A stretch of 64,000 nt of DNA from Octopus bimaculoides. Taxonomy: Eukaryota. Within the stretch, counting starts at the first letter, position 1; each line of letters opens with the position of its first letter. The notes under the pieces were generated by a model, which was not told the origin of the DNA, searched no databases, and worked only from the letters and a program-made list of their open reading frames with translations. Position numbers and translations under genes: made by a program. The DNA is taken from assembly GCF_001194135.2 (NCBI RefSeq), contig NC_068982.1, positions 107,155,557 through 107,219,556 of the forward strand, in the 5' to 3' direction. Shown one piece after another: positions 12,226-26,099 of this stretch.

Positions 12226-12367
12226 TGTATGTATGAATGCAATAACGCATAGATAGAATAATACATGCAGACGTTCAGCCATACATATTTATGTATGCCG
12301 TGGGTTAACCAGTCAATTTGTGTGAGGTTTATTTGGTTCCAATGAATGTTTCTCTCTGTTGTTGTTG

Positions 12368-12432
<65 letters not shown>
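12125..12432. repeat. (TA)n, (GTAT)n, (GTT)n and (ATT)n microsatellites
   Basis: Direct reading. Confidence 0.9.
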
Positions 12433-13016
12433 GAACACAAAATCACAAAATAATTGACATTCAACCAAACTCGACAAGGTCACAGGCCACCTTCTTTATA
12501 TTATCATTCTCAAAAGCTCGTTTACCAAAGATTGCAACAGTATGCGAATGAAATAATGTCATCGTCTAAATATATTTACATAAGAAACAATTGTAGCGTT
12601 TTTTGTTGATGAATCAGGATTTATACTATTTCTGTAAAAAGGCCAAAATAAGATCTCCCAAAAGGTTATATGACAATGATGACGAATTACTATAGTATAA
12701 AATTTCTGGGATGTATTTTCGGCTGGTACCAACAAGTAACTTTCAAATATAACAAGTGTAAGTTGACCTGGTAATTAGAACTAATCTGCAGAGATGAGGA
12801 AGAAACACCAGAAGCTACATGACAAAATATCATCCTAAACACAGAACACAATCGAAACACGAACCATGACAACATCAGCACAGTCTCGATTACTAACTCA
12901 TCATTGTGTGTGCATGTTTATTAATGCCTTCAGTTAAGAGTGTCTGCTTGTTTGTTTGTTTGTTTGTTTGTTTGTTTGTGTGTGTGTGTGAGTGTGTGTG
13001 TGTGTGNNNNNNNNNN

Positions 13017-13069
<53 letters not shown>

Positions 13070-13392
13070 CTGGAGGTTATGTGTATGTATGTATTTTCTG
13101 TCATTCAATCTGTCAGCTGCTTTTCTAAACTATTATGTTTCATATTGATCACTGAACTTGTTACTAAATTTGAAGTAAATGACTTACTTGATTAAGTTAA
13201 CTACTTGTTTTTTAAATGTCAATTCTTTCGTTTAGACGTCTAGTCAAGAGTAAGGGCAGATGTCACACCTAACTCTCTAGATTCCAGGATATAGATTTCA
13301 CGTATTAATCTTTATTTCATGACCTTGGGATCACTGAAAAGACTAAACTTCGACACTTCAACAAAAAGGGCAAATCCGAAAATCATAAATGT

Positions 13393-13570
13393 GAAGGCGC
13401 ATGGCTTACTAGGTTTGGGGTACTGGATTCAAGATCGTGGTTTCGATTCACAGACCGAGTGGAGCGTTGAATTCTTGAGTAAAACATTTCGTTTTATGAT
13501 GCTGCTGTCCACTCAGTTGAAAATGAGTACCTGCAACAGCTGGATGTTAACCTTCCGACAAATTTGGGAT
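13393..13570 (+). mobile_element. tRNA-derived SINE (family C-like head), decayed
   Basis: GGCGCATGGCTT..GGTTTCGATTC B-box and CCACTCAGTTGAAAATGAGTACC central block related to the 23407 copy. Confidence 0.6.
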
Positions 13571-14189
13571 GGATATTGTACTCTTATTCACTTATACGCT
13601 ATGGGAAACGGGTAAGTTTTGGCCTAATAAACTTATAGGCTCGAGACAAACACTAAGTCTTACTTTTACTACGAGCTTTCCTTGCACAACTGAGCGCAGT
13701 ACTAAATGTCTTGGATACAGGCAATGCTTTTGTTTTGGCTTTATATTTTCTACTGTATTGAAAGTACTCAGTGTAATAAGCATACGATTTCTGGTAGCGA
13801 AACATACTATGTTTTATGTATGTCCCAGGGTTTTAGTTATGTATTTGTCTGCATCTTTAATCATTCCCAAGCGACATATTATTATAATGATTTTATTCTG
13901 TTTTCAATCTTCACATAGCTTCATTGTTTCTGGTGATGCGGAATTTCGTACGCTACATTTTCGTACTTTTTTCTTGCATCAAACTCACTGCACGACGTTT
14001 CTTTCATCATTGCGTTGAATGATATGGTTTTAATTTGTATTGTATGTTCTTTTATGTTGTGTGTGTGTGTGTGGGGGGTCCGTCTGGAGTTAACTTGCCT
14101 AGCATACCGTTTGTCTACATGTGGAAGCCAATTGACAACTAGCACACACATTTATAATACATTACTTAAATTAGGTACTTTTATTAGAC

Positions 14190-14385
14190 TAGCATGTGGG
14201 ACAAAACGCTTAGCCTCATTTCTTGAAGTGAACCCATTATGTTCTGAGTTCAAACCACGCCGATATCAATATTGCCTTTCATCCTTTCGAGACTTATAAA
14301 ATGAAGTACAATATAGGGGTCGATGTAATCGATTATATCCCTCCCCTAAAATTGTTGGCCTTGTGTCAAAATTAGAAAGAATTAT
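14190..14385 (+). mobile_element. SINE family A, partial
   Basis: GTTCTGAGTTCAAACC..TTGCCTTTCATCCTTTCGAG..GGGGTCGATGTAATCGA..GGCCTTGTGTCAAAATTAGAAA. Confidence 0.7.
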
Positions 14386-15249
14386 CGATGCTACTTTGGC
14401 GTATAATCTGCAACATAAAGGGTGATTATTTTAGATTACCTTTTAGTTTACTTTTCAATTTCTAAAAACCCTTAACATGTTGGCTAAATTCTTTTGTACA
14501 TACTTAGCATTGTAAATGTCTTTTTTCAAAATGCTTACTATTTTAAGACCGCGTTTCATTTATGTCTTTGTGAATAATAATAATAATACGAAACCAAAAA
14601 TAAATCATATAATACTTAAAATAGGCAAGTGGATCAATAGTCTGCGGTTTTAGGAGTAAAGATATTATCGTTGTTGTTCAGCCCAGGTTTGCTCTGATGA
14701 AATAGACCTATGATCAAAAGCGTTGTAGATGTGACCATCTTTCTTTTCAGGGGTGTATCTAGGACTACATTATCTAATATGTCTCAGTATAGGATTGAGG
14801 GAGATTTGGATGTCCACCGAATATTCTTGTAGGTGCATAATATTTTTGTCAGAGGTTTTATACATTGTCATTTCCGAGTACTTTCCAGTAGTTCGTACTG
14901 TCTAGGCCATCTCTCAGGTTGTTCTTCCTTCCTCGGATTGCTCACATGTTGCAATGGTCTTTTCCCCATTCTCGTAACAGCGATCCATCTAATGACCTTA
15001 CTATCCCCGGAAAATGTTCTGTTCCTCTTGCTGTTGACACTGCATATGTTTCTAGTTTGTCTTTACCTATTTTTTTAAAAAAAAAATTATAGAAAATTGT
15101 TTGCTGTTTGTGATGAAGTTATGGATTTATTCGAAGAAGTCTCGTCTCTAATCAATAACCAAGGATTATACGAGATTTAGCAACGATAAGCCCGCTTTGA
15201 TTTCAGACACTTATTTTTATAGTATTTACTACTCTTCTTTATTTTTTAT

Positions 15250-15773
15250 ATATATTTTTTTATGTTGTCAATCTCATTAAAAATTGTGATAATATATATT
15301 TTCTATCTCCCTGCAGGGTTGTTTTTCCATGTTGTTTTTAGTTTAGAAGTTATGATAAGTTTTAAGGAAGAACCCATATTTATCCGTAACTACTGCATTT
15401 ATTGCAGATGTTTTCGCTATATCCATAGAGGACTAGTTTTCATTTTTGTTGCTGTTTTTGTTGTTGTAGTTGTTATTTTGGTGATAAGTATATTTTGGGT
15501 GGGTTTTTCTTTGATCCTTCAGATTATCTGCTTTCGATTTTAATTTTCACTTTTAGATTAATATCAAGTTTCCAGCTTTAGATAATTTTTACTCTGAAAT
15601 CGTTCAAGTATTCAGTTGCGCTGTTTTGACTTTTTTTTTCTGTTTATTATTTTGTAAGACCGCTGAGATTTGATTTTGTATTTTTTGCTGTTTTTGTTTG
15701 TATTTCTTGCGCTAAGTCATTTTCCTGGTTTATGTTTTTCTTAAATGTGTTTAGCTTTCATTCTTTTTGTACC

Positions 15774-15780
<7 letters not shown>
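15250..15780 (-). mobile_element. Possible decayed R4/Dong-like ORF segment upstream of the RT domain
   Basis: Minus strand is A-rich and K/Q/N-rich, including LKSKADNLKDQRK, loosely resembling LAKAQRISRYEKR in the 61.7 kb copy. Weak. Confidence 0.3.
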
Positions 15781-15809
<29 letters not shown>

Positions 15810-16764
15810 GGGTGAGAGAGAGAGAGAAAGAGAGAGATGCATATATACGTGCATGCATGCATGCATACATACATACATACATACATACATTCTGTTTCTG
15901 TGTCCAATATCCTTTTGATTTTAAGTATGTATCTTCTTAAATTAGCTACTGTGTGTTGTGCTCTAATGTTACATCTTCATCAACGTAATTTTTTCTCCAT
16001 GCATTATATGCGTATGTTCTGAAAGCCTCATTTCAAATTGGATGAGCGAAGCTCTAGCCCACTCTATTGGATTATTCATAATTTGTCTGTTTTATTTGTG
16101 GGTTTTGAGGATAAAGTAAAGACTTTTATGTCTAGATAGACATAATTTTCATTGGTGGATTTGCTCACCTACACACTCTAGTCTCTATTCCAAAGAGGTG
16201 CTGCGATCTCCCTCTATCCGTTCTAGAGCTACTTCAGTAGCCTCTCCCCTTCGGAGTTGGCTGGTTCTGCAAAATACCTGCGCACAACCATGCCAATTTA
16301 AATGGTGTCATACGACATTCAAATTTGATGACAAAACTACTCCAGTAGTTCTGTCTTCAACCATGGATTGCGTAGTTGTCAAACAGTAATTGCAGTACGT
16401 CTGTTTGTTTGTAGTTGATAATGTCTATGGTTGTTTTTAACCACCATCTTGCATCAAGAGCTAATTGACATGGATATATCCTTTATCACTTCTGCAATTT
16501 TTTGTTTACGAATCCCATCCATTTATTATAATTTTTTTGTAGGCCTCCGCCGATTATTGTTGACTATGCATCTGCATATGTATCTGAAGAAACAGATTAA
16601 ATTTCTAGAGGAATACTGAAGTTGCTCCTCTCCACGCCATTGATGTTTATCGAAAAGAAAGGCCATTGATTTAGCGCCGATACAGCTTGGCTCCTGTATT
16701 GTTGTAAGCATTGATATCAGAGGGTAAAAAGCTAAGACAAACACCACAAGGCATTTCGCTCGTC

Positions 16765-16915
16765 TCTAACACCACCGATCTGGATTGGTATTTTTTATCG
16801 ATTCCGAAAGGATGAAAAGCAAAGACTTCAACGGGGTTTGAAATCAGAACGAAGCGAGTTAGAACGAATAGTGCGAAGCATTCTATCCAACACTCTACTA
16901 GCTTTACCAATCCAA
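16765..16915 (-). mobile_element. SINE family A, decayed
   Basis: TTTTATCGATTCCGAAAGGATGAAAAGCAAAGACTTCAACGGGGTTTGAAATCAGAACG. Confidence 0.55.
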
Positions 16916-18387
16916 ACAACTTTTGTTACTTTAGAAAATATTACAAAAAATAACAAATAATTAACATTCTCGAAAATCGCACCGCGCTATTGTCAATAAT
17001 AAAATGTAGGTTGAGTTTCAATTCGTCATCTTGAGAGATAAACTAATGCCAGTTGGATGCTGCAAGCAGGCTGAAAGAAAATATTAGGTGAAAGAGTAGT
17101 CAGTAGGTCGTAACCAGATTATTACATACATAACTACATCGCCGTTGAACATTACTGAGGGAACATGTGACCTGGCTACAGACCCTGTTATTTCACTTTC
17201 GTGTAAAGAACAGGTTCCTTTATTCAATATATTCGATGTAAGAATTAGAGTTAGAGGGTTAGAGAATGTAGGGTTAGAGTGTCTATCATCGCATTGAATT
17301 ACGTGCATTGAACTGTGAGTTTTGCATTTTCGAAATGTGGCAAGGTTAAGGAAATCAACATTTACGATCTGATTTAATGGTTGCTATAAAATTTATGTTA
17401 ATACATGTGTGACTGATTAGTATGCTAACCTATAGTGAAAGTCATTCAGTCATCCTCATTCGGTAGGGATAAACTGATTAGTGACATTATCCAAAGAAAT
17501 TTTATTATGGACGGGATTTGAAAATGGCATCAACTTCGCTCATCCACAAAAGAACCTTTGTAGTTTTTGTCTAAGTTTCCCTCAAAGACAGAAAGGTGGA
17601 ATCAACCATTGCCTAGGGAGAGAACGAATTAGTTTAAGAATGTTATCAGGCAGCATTCTTTTATACATTCTATCGGTCTCAGTTATTGAACTGTAACCGT
17701 GCTGGGGCACGCTCACAAAGGTTCTCGCTGACCACATCAACCCTAATTCATATTTTAGTCTCGTATTTATTTTATCTATATACGTCGAATCACTAACTTA
17801 CACTTTTATTTTCACAACACCGATAAACATAACCATAAGTACACACACACACACACACACACATACACACACACACACACACACACGCACGCACATAGAT
17901 ACACGAACGCGCGTGCGTCTGAGTCAGGTGATGACTCACATGAACGCAACAGAATGCATCACAACTCATCTTACTCGAAGTACATAACTCGTATAAAAGA
18001 CCCAAAGAATAAGTAATTTCAAACAATTCAAAACTTAGCCAATGGGTGATTATTAATAATCTAAGATGAGACATTCGTCTCCAGAGAGAATGTCACAAAG
18101 AAGAAATGGAATTTCGATACATCACTTTAAAGAAAATACGATTGCTATTACTTTACAGCTTTACAAGTTCTTCCACGCGAAAAGATTTCGTTTCTGTGTT
18201 ATTCCACTCCATCAAGCGAGGAAGAGAACGAGCTTTCTTGTGACCTGTTAACATAAAACATGCGGCGACGTGAGATACAGAATTTGACCGGACAAACGTC
18301 CCGAAACAAGTGACTTTGTAGCAACCGGGAAAGTTTTTTGTCCTTCGAGATTGTGGACACTTTGTAAAGTGCTCAGCAAAGAATGAA

Positions 18388-18622
18388 ACTCTTGGCCAAA
18401 AGTTACCTGACAGTAAATCAAAACCATTTAATTCCAAGGATTATTTATGTTTAAAAACTGAATGAATTTAATAAATGCAACTCAATATGAAACATCATGA
18501 AAATTGTTCAAACTGAAATCCTTCTTGAGCGACACATTTTCCCGTTCGAGTCAATACAGAATTACAAATGATATTTATGGAATTTTGATTTACTGTCGGG
18601 TGACTTTTGGCCAACCCTGTAT
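18388..18622. mobile_element. Tc1/mariner-type MITE
   Basis: Inverted repeats TTGGCCAAAAGTTACCTGACAGTAAATCAAAAC (~18389-18421) and ATTTTGATTTACTGTCGGGTGACTTTTGGCCAACCCTG-TA (~18582-18621); the same right end recurs at ~49300-49348. Confidence 0.75.
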
Positions 18623-19387
18623 ATAGTCATGTGTTCAGTTTCTGTCTATCAAATTCTATAAACAAGGTATAAGTCAACTCGAAGTTACGCCAAAAGTACC
18701 GCGCAGGAGAATCGAACCTTACATCATGTAGTTGCAAAGTGAACTCATTAGCATAACTTGTCCCCATGTAACATTGCAGAATTAATTAATATTCAATTTG
18801 AAACTTAAAGACTTTCTTTAAACAATATTTGAAATATTTATTGATCATAAATATGAAGATATTACATTTACATCGCATTAATAGATGACCATAAGAGGAC
18901 GCTCTTATGCAGTGACTCAACCCGCTAAAAGTAGCTGCCAAATCACTCTCAAGTTACAAGAAATGACGAGATTGTAACAGCTGGAGAGCGGGGCAGCTAA
19001 AGTGTATTCCTACAGGGTGAGCTCTTGAATCTACTTTCTCCCCTTCTAGGGCACCCAAGCATAGGCTTTTACAGTTGACCCAAAAGGGTCATAAATCCTC
19101 GACCGGGATGGACTGCCTGCGTTACAGCAATTGGAACGTCTTTGATCAAAATCTCCTGAATCAAGATTGATCTTGAGCTTAACAATAAGTTGCTTCAAGT
19201 TCAATCCTAATATTGATTTGCCGTTAAACGGTAGCTTGATAGAAACTATAGAAGTCTTGAAACGGGATGGAAGTCCTGCTAGAATTAGGTAAATAACTGG
19301 AATGATTACATCAGGATTAAACATTATAAAAAAACAGCACCTGAAAGGTAACGTTTTCAAGAACGATCATTTATGTAAGATGTCTCA

Positions 19388-19596
19388 CTAATATGACTGG
19401 CACAAGGCCAGTCATTTCGGGGAGAGGACAGGTCAATTACATTGACCCAGTGCTCAACTGGTACTCATTTGATCATTCCCGAAAAGATAAAAGATAAAAT
19501 CGACTACGACGGAATTTGAACTCAGAATGTAAAGACGGACGAAATGCAGTGAAGCATTTTGCCCAGCACTCTACCGATCCCACCAGCTCGCCACGT
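19388..19596 (-). mobile_element. SINE family A
   Basis: Full head-to-tail match to family A on the minus strand. Confidence 0.85.
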
Positions 19597-19629
19597 CATA
19601 TAACCCACTCTAATATTAAATAGTTGACT

Positions 19630-19845
19630 AAGGCGGCGTGCTGGCAGAATCATTAGCACACTGGGCGAAATGCTTAGCGATATTTCGTCTGCTATTACGT
19701 TCTGAGTTCAAATTCCGCCGAGGTCGACTTTGCCGTTTATCTTTTCGGGGTCGATAAAATAAGATATTGTTGAACACTGGGGTCGATGCAATCGACTAGT
19801 CCGCTCACTCGAAGTTGCTGGCCTTGTGCCAAAATTTGAAAAATA
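19630..19845 (+). mobile_element. SINE family A with decayed TSD
   Basis: GGCGGCGTGCTGGCAGAATC head, GTTCAAATTCC B-box; flanked by AATATTAAATAGTTGACT / AATATTGTATAGTTAACT. Confidence 0.9.
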
Positions 19846-20189
19846 TTGTATAGTTAACTATTTCACAAGTTTCTCTATTTAAGTGCACGACAATGTTTCA
19901 GTTTATTTCGGTCGTAGCCTCAGCAGTTCATTTCAATAATAAATGTGAAAAATAAACTATTGAACTATAGTATACGATGTTGAACTAAATCTTTTAATAC
20001 GTCTTCACGTATTACGATTGTATTTCAATTTTCTTCATTCATATAGTGGCGAGAATTTTCATATTTTCAATTAATTTTGAAAGATTTCTCAAAAGAATCT
20101 GATAATATGTGACACGCTGCCACTTTTCACAGCTCACTGGCCACTTGTCTCAGTCTCAGTTTGACTCTGGTAGTAAATGCTACATAAAA

Positions 20190-20859
20190 GAAATAACTCT
20201 TATTGTATTTGAACATTTGACAAATGTGGAAGAAAAAAATAAACTCTTATTTTCCGTCATTGAGCACAGAAGAATATGATTGGGTTCGAAATCCCTTCAT
20301 AAAATTCCATCTAATATTGGTCTGAAAATATGTGAAGAAGAGGCATTGACATCTATATCCATGATCACAGACTTAAAATAAAATATGCTGTGTTGAGTTA
20401 CCTATTGATACATTTTGGGTTGCTATTATAGGAGAATACCCCTCAGTAGCAAAAAAAAAAAGCTTTATCCGATTTGATGCAGTTTTCCATATCATATTTA
20501 TGTGAGTTGGGATTTTCAACCTTCAGTAACATCAAAAAAAGAAAGAGTCTCTATTGCATTGAAGAAGAAATAAGGGTTTGTCTTTCTCGAATACGTCCCA
20601 ATATTGAAAACGTTTCCAAAAAAACATCAAGCGCATGTTTCTTATTGATAACCTTGCTTCATATATTGAATAAAAAGTAAGTACGTGCACTTTTTCTGTA
20701 TTTTTAATTATCTATATATAACTTTACAGTTTATGCTATGCTAATATGTATAAAGTCCCTTTTGAATAAATTTTAGAATTTATGCACAAAGTCCACCAAA
20801 ATATTTTGACTTCTTGTAAGGTGCGCCGTGAGTAAAAAAAAAAAGTTTGGGAACCATAG
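20190..20859 (+). mobile_element. hAT (Charlie/ZBED-like) transposase C-terminal relic with 3' TIR
   Basis: YFPSLSTEEYDWVRNPF; FWVAIIGEYPSVAKK; FSISYLCELGFSTFSNIKKRK..IEEEIRVCLSRIRPNI (hAT dimerisation domain); TIR-like AAGTTTGGGAACCA at 20843-20856. Confidence 0.85.
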
Positions 20860-21452
20860 GACTAGACCCTATGACTGAAACAAGTGAAAGATAAAAGATA
20901 CACAGGTCAATTATTTTATATTCATTTCTCTATATGACAGAACCGGTAAAGCGCTGGAAAAAAATGTTTTCAGAACCAATTGAATCCAATTTCCTTTTAC
21001 ACTATTACGCTACCAATTACACTTTTACACTACCAATTTATTTATTTATTCATTCATTTATTATCTATTTATTCTCCATCACACCCTCTCAGCCAAGGTC
21101 TAGGGCAAGCCCCCCCGACTTGTTAAGTATCAGTTAATTTCTTTGTCAAAAGTACAGTAGGTCAAGTTGTCGCGGTCTTTCCTTAATATGACATTTTTAA
21201 GTGTGGCAATGACATGCCTTGTAAAGTCACTTCCTTTTTCTATGACTTTTATATTAGCCATGTATGGGAACAAAAGTTTCTAGAAAATAATGCAAGTCAA
21301 CACAGATTTTTGTAGGTACAATTACGAAGAATATTATATCACTCACAAGTCTTCTATGATTTTTCTCTCTTTCTTTCCTATCATGTTTACTTTTCTTTCA
21401 CTCTCTTCTTTCTGTTTCAGTTTTGTCTTGCCCAGTCTCTCCAATCCGCCTT

Positions 21453-22170
<718 letters not shown>

Positions 22171-22968
22171 GCATGTGCTATCAAACGCGTGCGTTTGTGC
22201 TTTTGTGCGTGTTTGTACGCATGTAAATATATACACATATATGTGTATATATTATAGTGTGTGTGTGTGAATGTGTACATGAGCGTGTAAAGACTGGAGA
22301 TTTGTGTATAAATAAGGTTTAAAAGAAGGGGAGAGATACAGAAATGAGAAACGAATGAGGGGATGAGGGAGAGAGAGAGAGAGAGAAGATAAAAGGGATA
22401 TTAGATGTAGAAGGGGTAAATACGGATGACATACATATATATATATACGTGTATACATACGTACGTGCATACATACATGCATATGTACGTACGTATATAC
22501 ATATATACATTTCATATATATATATATATAGTTACATATATGCCTGGCAGAGACTAATTATGATGCACCCTGTGGAGTATGTATGAGACTTATTACCGGG
22601 GGGGGGGCACACACACACACACGCACGCACACACACACACGCACACACACACGCACACACATGCACACATACATTGCACACATGCATGTTGTCACCTTCA
22701 TTAATGGCTCTCTCTTTCTCTCTTTCTTTCTCTCTTTCTTTCTCTCACTTCTTGTCACATCTAATGTCACTTTCATCTCCTTACCATTTCCCATAATCCC
22801 CCATTCATTTCCTGACCCTATATATTTATACCCGTCTACTTCTCCCTTCCTCTTTTCTCAAATTCTATTTCCTCACCAGTCTCCACTTTGAACCTTGGTT
22901 TATATCATTCTTTGCCTTTATTAAACTGAACTCAACATAATGTATAGCCACTTACTACTCTATGAAAG

Positions 22969-23352
22969 TGGAGGCGCAATGGCCCAGTGGTTAGGGCAGC
23001 GGACTCGCGGTCATAGGATCGCGGTTTCGATTCCCAGACCGGGCGTTGTGAGTGTTTATTGAGCGAAAACACCTAAAGCTCCACGAGGCTCCGGCAGGGA
23101 ATGGTGGCGAACCCTGCTGTACTCTTTGACCACAACTTTCTCTCACTCTTACTTCCTGTTTCTGTTGTGCTTGTAATTCAAAGGGCCAGCCTTGTCACAC
23201 TGTGTCACGCTGAATATCTCCGAGAACTACGTTAAGGGTACACGTGTCTATGGAGTGCTCAGCCACTTGCACGTTAATTTCACGAGCAGGCTGTTCCGTT
23301 GATTGGATCAAGTGGAACCCTCGACGTCGTAAGCGACGGAGTGCCAACAACA
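22969..23352 (+). mobile_element. tRNA-derived SINE family C, intact young copy
   Basis: A-box TGGCCCAGTGG, B-box GGTTTCGATTCC, (CAA)n tail, perfect 12-bp TSD ACTCTATGAAAG at 22957-22968 and 23353-23364. Confidence 0.9.
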
Positions 23353-23406
23353 ACTCTATGAAAGGCTCTGCGTTCATATCCTACACGTTGTTAGTTCGTA
23401 ACAAGT

Positions 23407-23705
23407 GAAGGCGTGTAGCTTAGTCATTAGGATATTCGGTTTATGATCGTGAGTTCGATTCCCGGCGGTGCATTGTGTCTCTGAGCAAGACGCTTTATTT
23501 TTCCGTTGCCCCAGTTCACTCAACAGGCAAAAATGAGCAATACCTATAATTCAAAGGGCCAGCCTGACCACATTCTGTGTCACGCTGAATCTCCTTGAGA
23601 ACTGCGTTAAGGGTATGCGTGTCTGTGGAGTGCTCAGCCACTTACACGTTAATTTCACAATCGGATCAACTGGGACCCTCACCGTTGTAACCGACAGAAT
23701 GCCGG
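23407..23705 (+). mobile_element. tRNA-derived SINE sharing the family C 3' half but with a different central block
   Basis: B-box GAGTTCGATTCC; from AATTCAAAGGGCCAGCC onward aligns with 23175-23345; central region TGTGTCTCTGAGCAAGACGCTT.. differs. Confidence 0.8.
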
Positions 23706-23969
23706 TTCTTATCTAGTTTTAGTCACCACGGTTAAGGCCAGATCAGGGTGTCTCCTATAAATGTTCGTTAATAATTGTTATGTAGATGGCCTATACCGGC
23801 TAGGGAAACAGAAACTGTATCGCGGTTTCGATTCTCAGATAAATTTAATTCCTCTCTTTCAATTCATTCACATCGCTAACTTCATTAATGCATTAATGCT
23901 ACATTATCGAAATTGTTCTCTCTTAAGAAGAGACTTATGATTCGTCGGAATAAACTCGTTTATGACTTT

Positions 23970-24345
23970 GAGGTTAAGAAGCTCACTTGAAACCATGTGA
24001 TTTCGGGTTCAGTTTCATTGCACAGCACTTTGGACCAGTGTCTTCTATTATAACCCCAGGCGAGCCAATGCTTTGTGAGTGAATATGGAAGATAGAAAGA
24101 GAGTGAAGCCTATAGTATATACATGTATGTGTGTCTTTGTGTTTGTGTTTATCTTCTCACACCGCTTCACATCTGTTGTTGGTTTGTTTGTGTCACCGTA
24201 ACTTAGCGGTTCGACAAAAGTCACTGATGGAATATGCATCAGATTTTTAAAAATAAGTACTGGGGTTGATCGGCTCGACTAAATCCTTCAAAGTGGTACT
24301 CAACCATGGTCGTAGTCTAACGACTGAAACAAGTAAAAGGCAAAA
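23970..24345 (+). mobile_element. SINE family B, full-length decayed copy
   Basis: Head (GGGTTCAGTTTCATTGCACAGCAC), short TA/TG core, tail GACTGAAACAAGTAAAAG. Confidence 0.8.
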
Positions 24346-24827
24346 GAAAGATATTACTGGTATTTAGTTTATTAATGCGAAAGAAATAAGAAGCTGAACA
24401 GAGATAGTGCAAAGCAGCGGCAATGCACAGCTGTCTATTGTTAACGACAGATGAATGGATATAAGCTTCTGCATAACTGCTTGACCGACCCAATATAGCA
24501 GCTAAGCTTCCATAAGCAAATTTCCTATGGTAAGTTTTAAATGGGAACTACTACGTATTTTGGGAACAAAAGCCTAGAACAACATCTACTACTGTAAAAA
24601 ACACAAAAAAAAGGATGACCATCCCTCGTAATTTTTTTTGTTTCATTCGTTTTTGTCTGTCTTTTCTTTTCTCTTTTGCTTAATGCATATGCGTGTATGT
24701 AAGTATGTGTGTATGTATGTATGCATACATGTATGTATGCATGTATGTATGCATACATGTATGTATGCATGTATGTATGTATGTGTGTGTGTATGCATGC
24801 ATACATGTATGTCTGTATGTATGCATG

Positions 24828-24858
<31 letters not shown>

Positions 24859-25470
24859 GCATGTCTGTATGCATGTGCATGTGTGTACGTGCGTGCGTAT
24901 GTACGTGTCTTTGAAAATATGCCATCATCAAAAGAAATCGCCAATCCGGTTCCAGTTCCTGTTTCACTTTAAATTATATAGAGAGGAAGAGGGCCAGCAC
25001 CCCAACCTTTGCAATAGCTGCAAGACTAGTGAGGTCGATGCAGTTGATATTTAGTTTGAAGGTTTGCAAGCTGACACCGATATGAAAGTCTTGAGCATGG
25101 AGTCAGTCCCTGATGGTTTTAGTTTTGGAGATAAATGATTGAGGGATGTGTGTAGCGCACGTTTTGCGAGTGAGGGGAAAGAAAGTCGGGATGATGAAAG
25201 CAAGTGAAATGGCTGGGCTAAGATGGATTGGTTCATAGCTAGCTAATTAAGTGTAGCAGGAAATGTTTTTGCAGAACAGATTAACAGAACAGATGTTGGC
25301 TTTGAAGGAAAACTTCCCGATCAGGCGGATGTCCTTGTTTGGATGCGGACGAGATTGTTACTGCGTAACTGCCAATCCATCGCAGATATGAAAGCACTGC
25401 TACATTGTGAATCGTTGTTTAGTCCCAGGTCAATTCTGATAGAAAATACCTATTTATGTTCTTATAAAGG

Positions 25471-25910
25471 AAGAAAAAGAAAATGGAGATTGGGAAGTTA
25501 ATAATTGTTTATTATTAACAGCAAATTAATCATCATCACTTACAGCTGTTTCAATTAATACTCAGTATATATTAAGTAAGTATTAAATTGATATGACCTG
25601 AGCATAATATCTTCAGAGGGTAAAAATATACCCTTGGATGTTTTATATGTGTTTATGGATTCATTATAGCAGACTATAAAGAATCCATAAACACAGATAA
25701 AACATTAATGCTATAATGAATTCATAAAAACATATAAAACATCCAAGGGTATATTTTTTCCCCTCAGAAGATATTATGCTCAGGTCATATAAATTTAATA
25801 TTTACTTAATATTTACTGAGTATTAATTGAAACAGCTGTAAGTGATGATGATTAATTTGCTGTTGATAATAAGCAAATATTAACTTCCCAATCTCCATTT
25901 TCTTTTTCTT
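25471..25910. repeat. 440-bp fold-back inverted repeat, ~200-bp arms
   Basis: 25471-25671 is the reverse complement of 25709-25910 with few mismatches (e.g. AAGAAAAAGAAAATGGAGATTGGGAAGTTA / TAACTTCCCAATCTCCATTTTCTTTTTCTT); 37-nt spacer. Confidence 0.92.
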
Positions 25911-25931
25911 GAACGCGACGCATCCATTTTC

Positions 25932-26066
<135 letters not shown>

Positions 26067-26099
26067 AATACATACATATGTATTTGTATGTGTGTGTGT

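Noticed and set aside
16190-16745. Possible transposase relic (hAT or mariner)
   Set aside because: Only vague resemblance; no diagnostic motif recovered in any frame.
17240-17280. Telomeric repeats (GTTAGAG/GGGTTAG-like here and at ~40610-40696)
   Set aside because: Highly degenerate, short and interstitial; more likely internal to an unrecognised repeat than telomeric.
19046-19360. 104-aa minus-strand ORF / plus-strand exon between a good acceptor and donor
   Set aside because: Plus-strand frames are closed and the ORF has no recognisable domain; possibly an old RT fragment, but unsupported.
22969-23045. tRNA gene
   Set aside because: A and B boxes are present, but it continues into a 300-bp body with a CAA tail and TSD, so it is a SINE head; no proper cloverleaf or acceptor stem.
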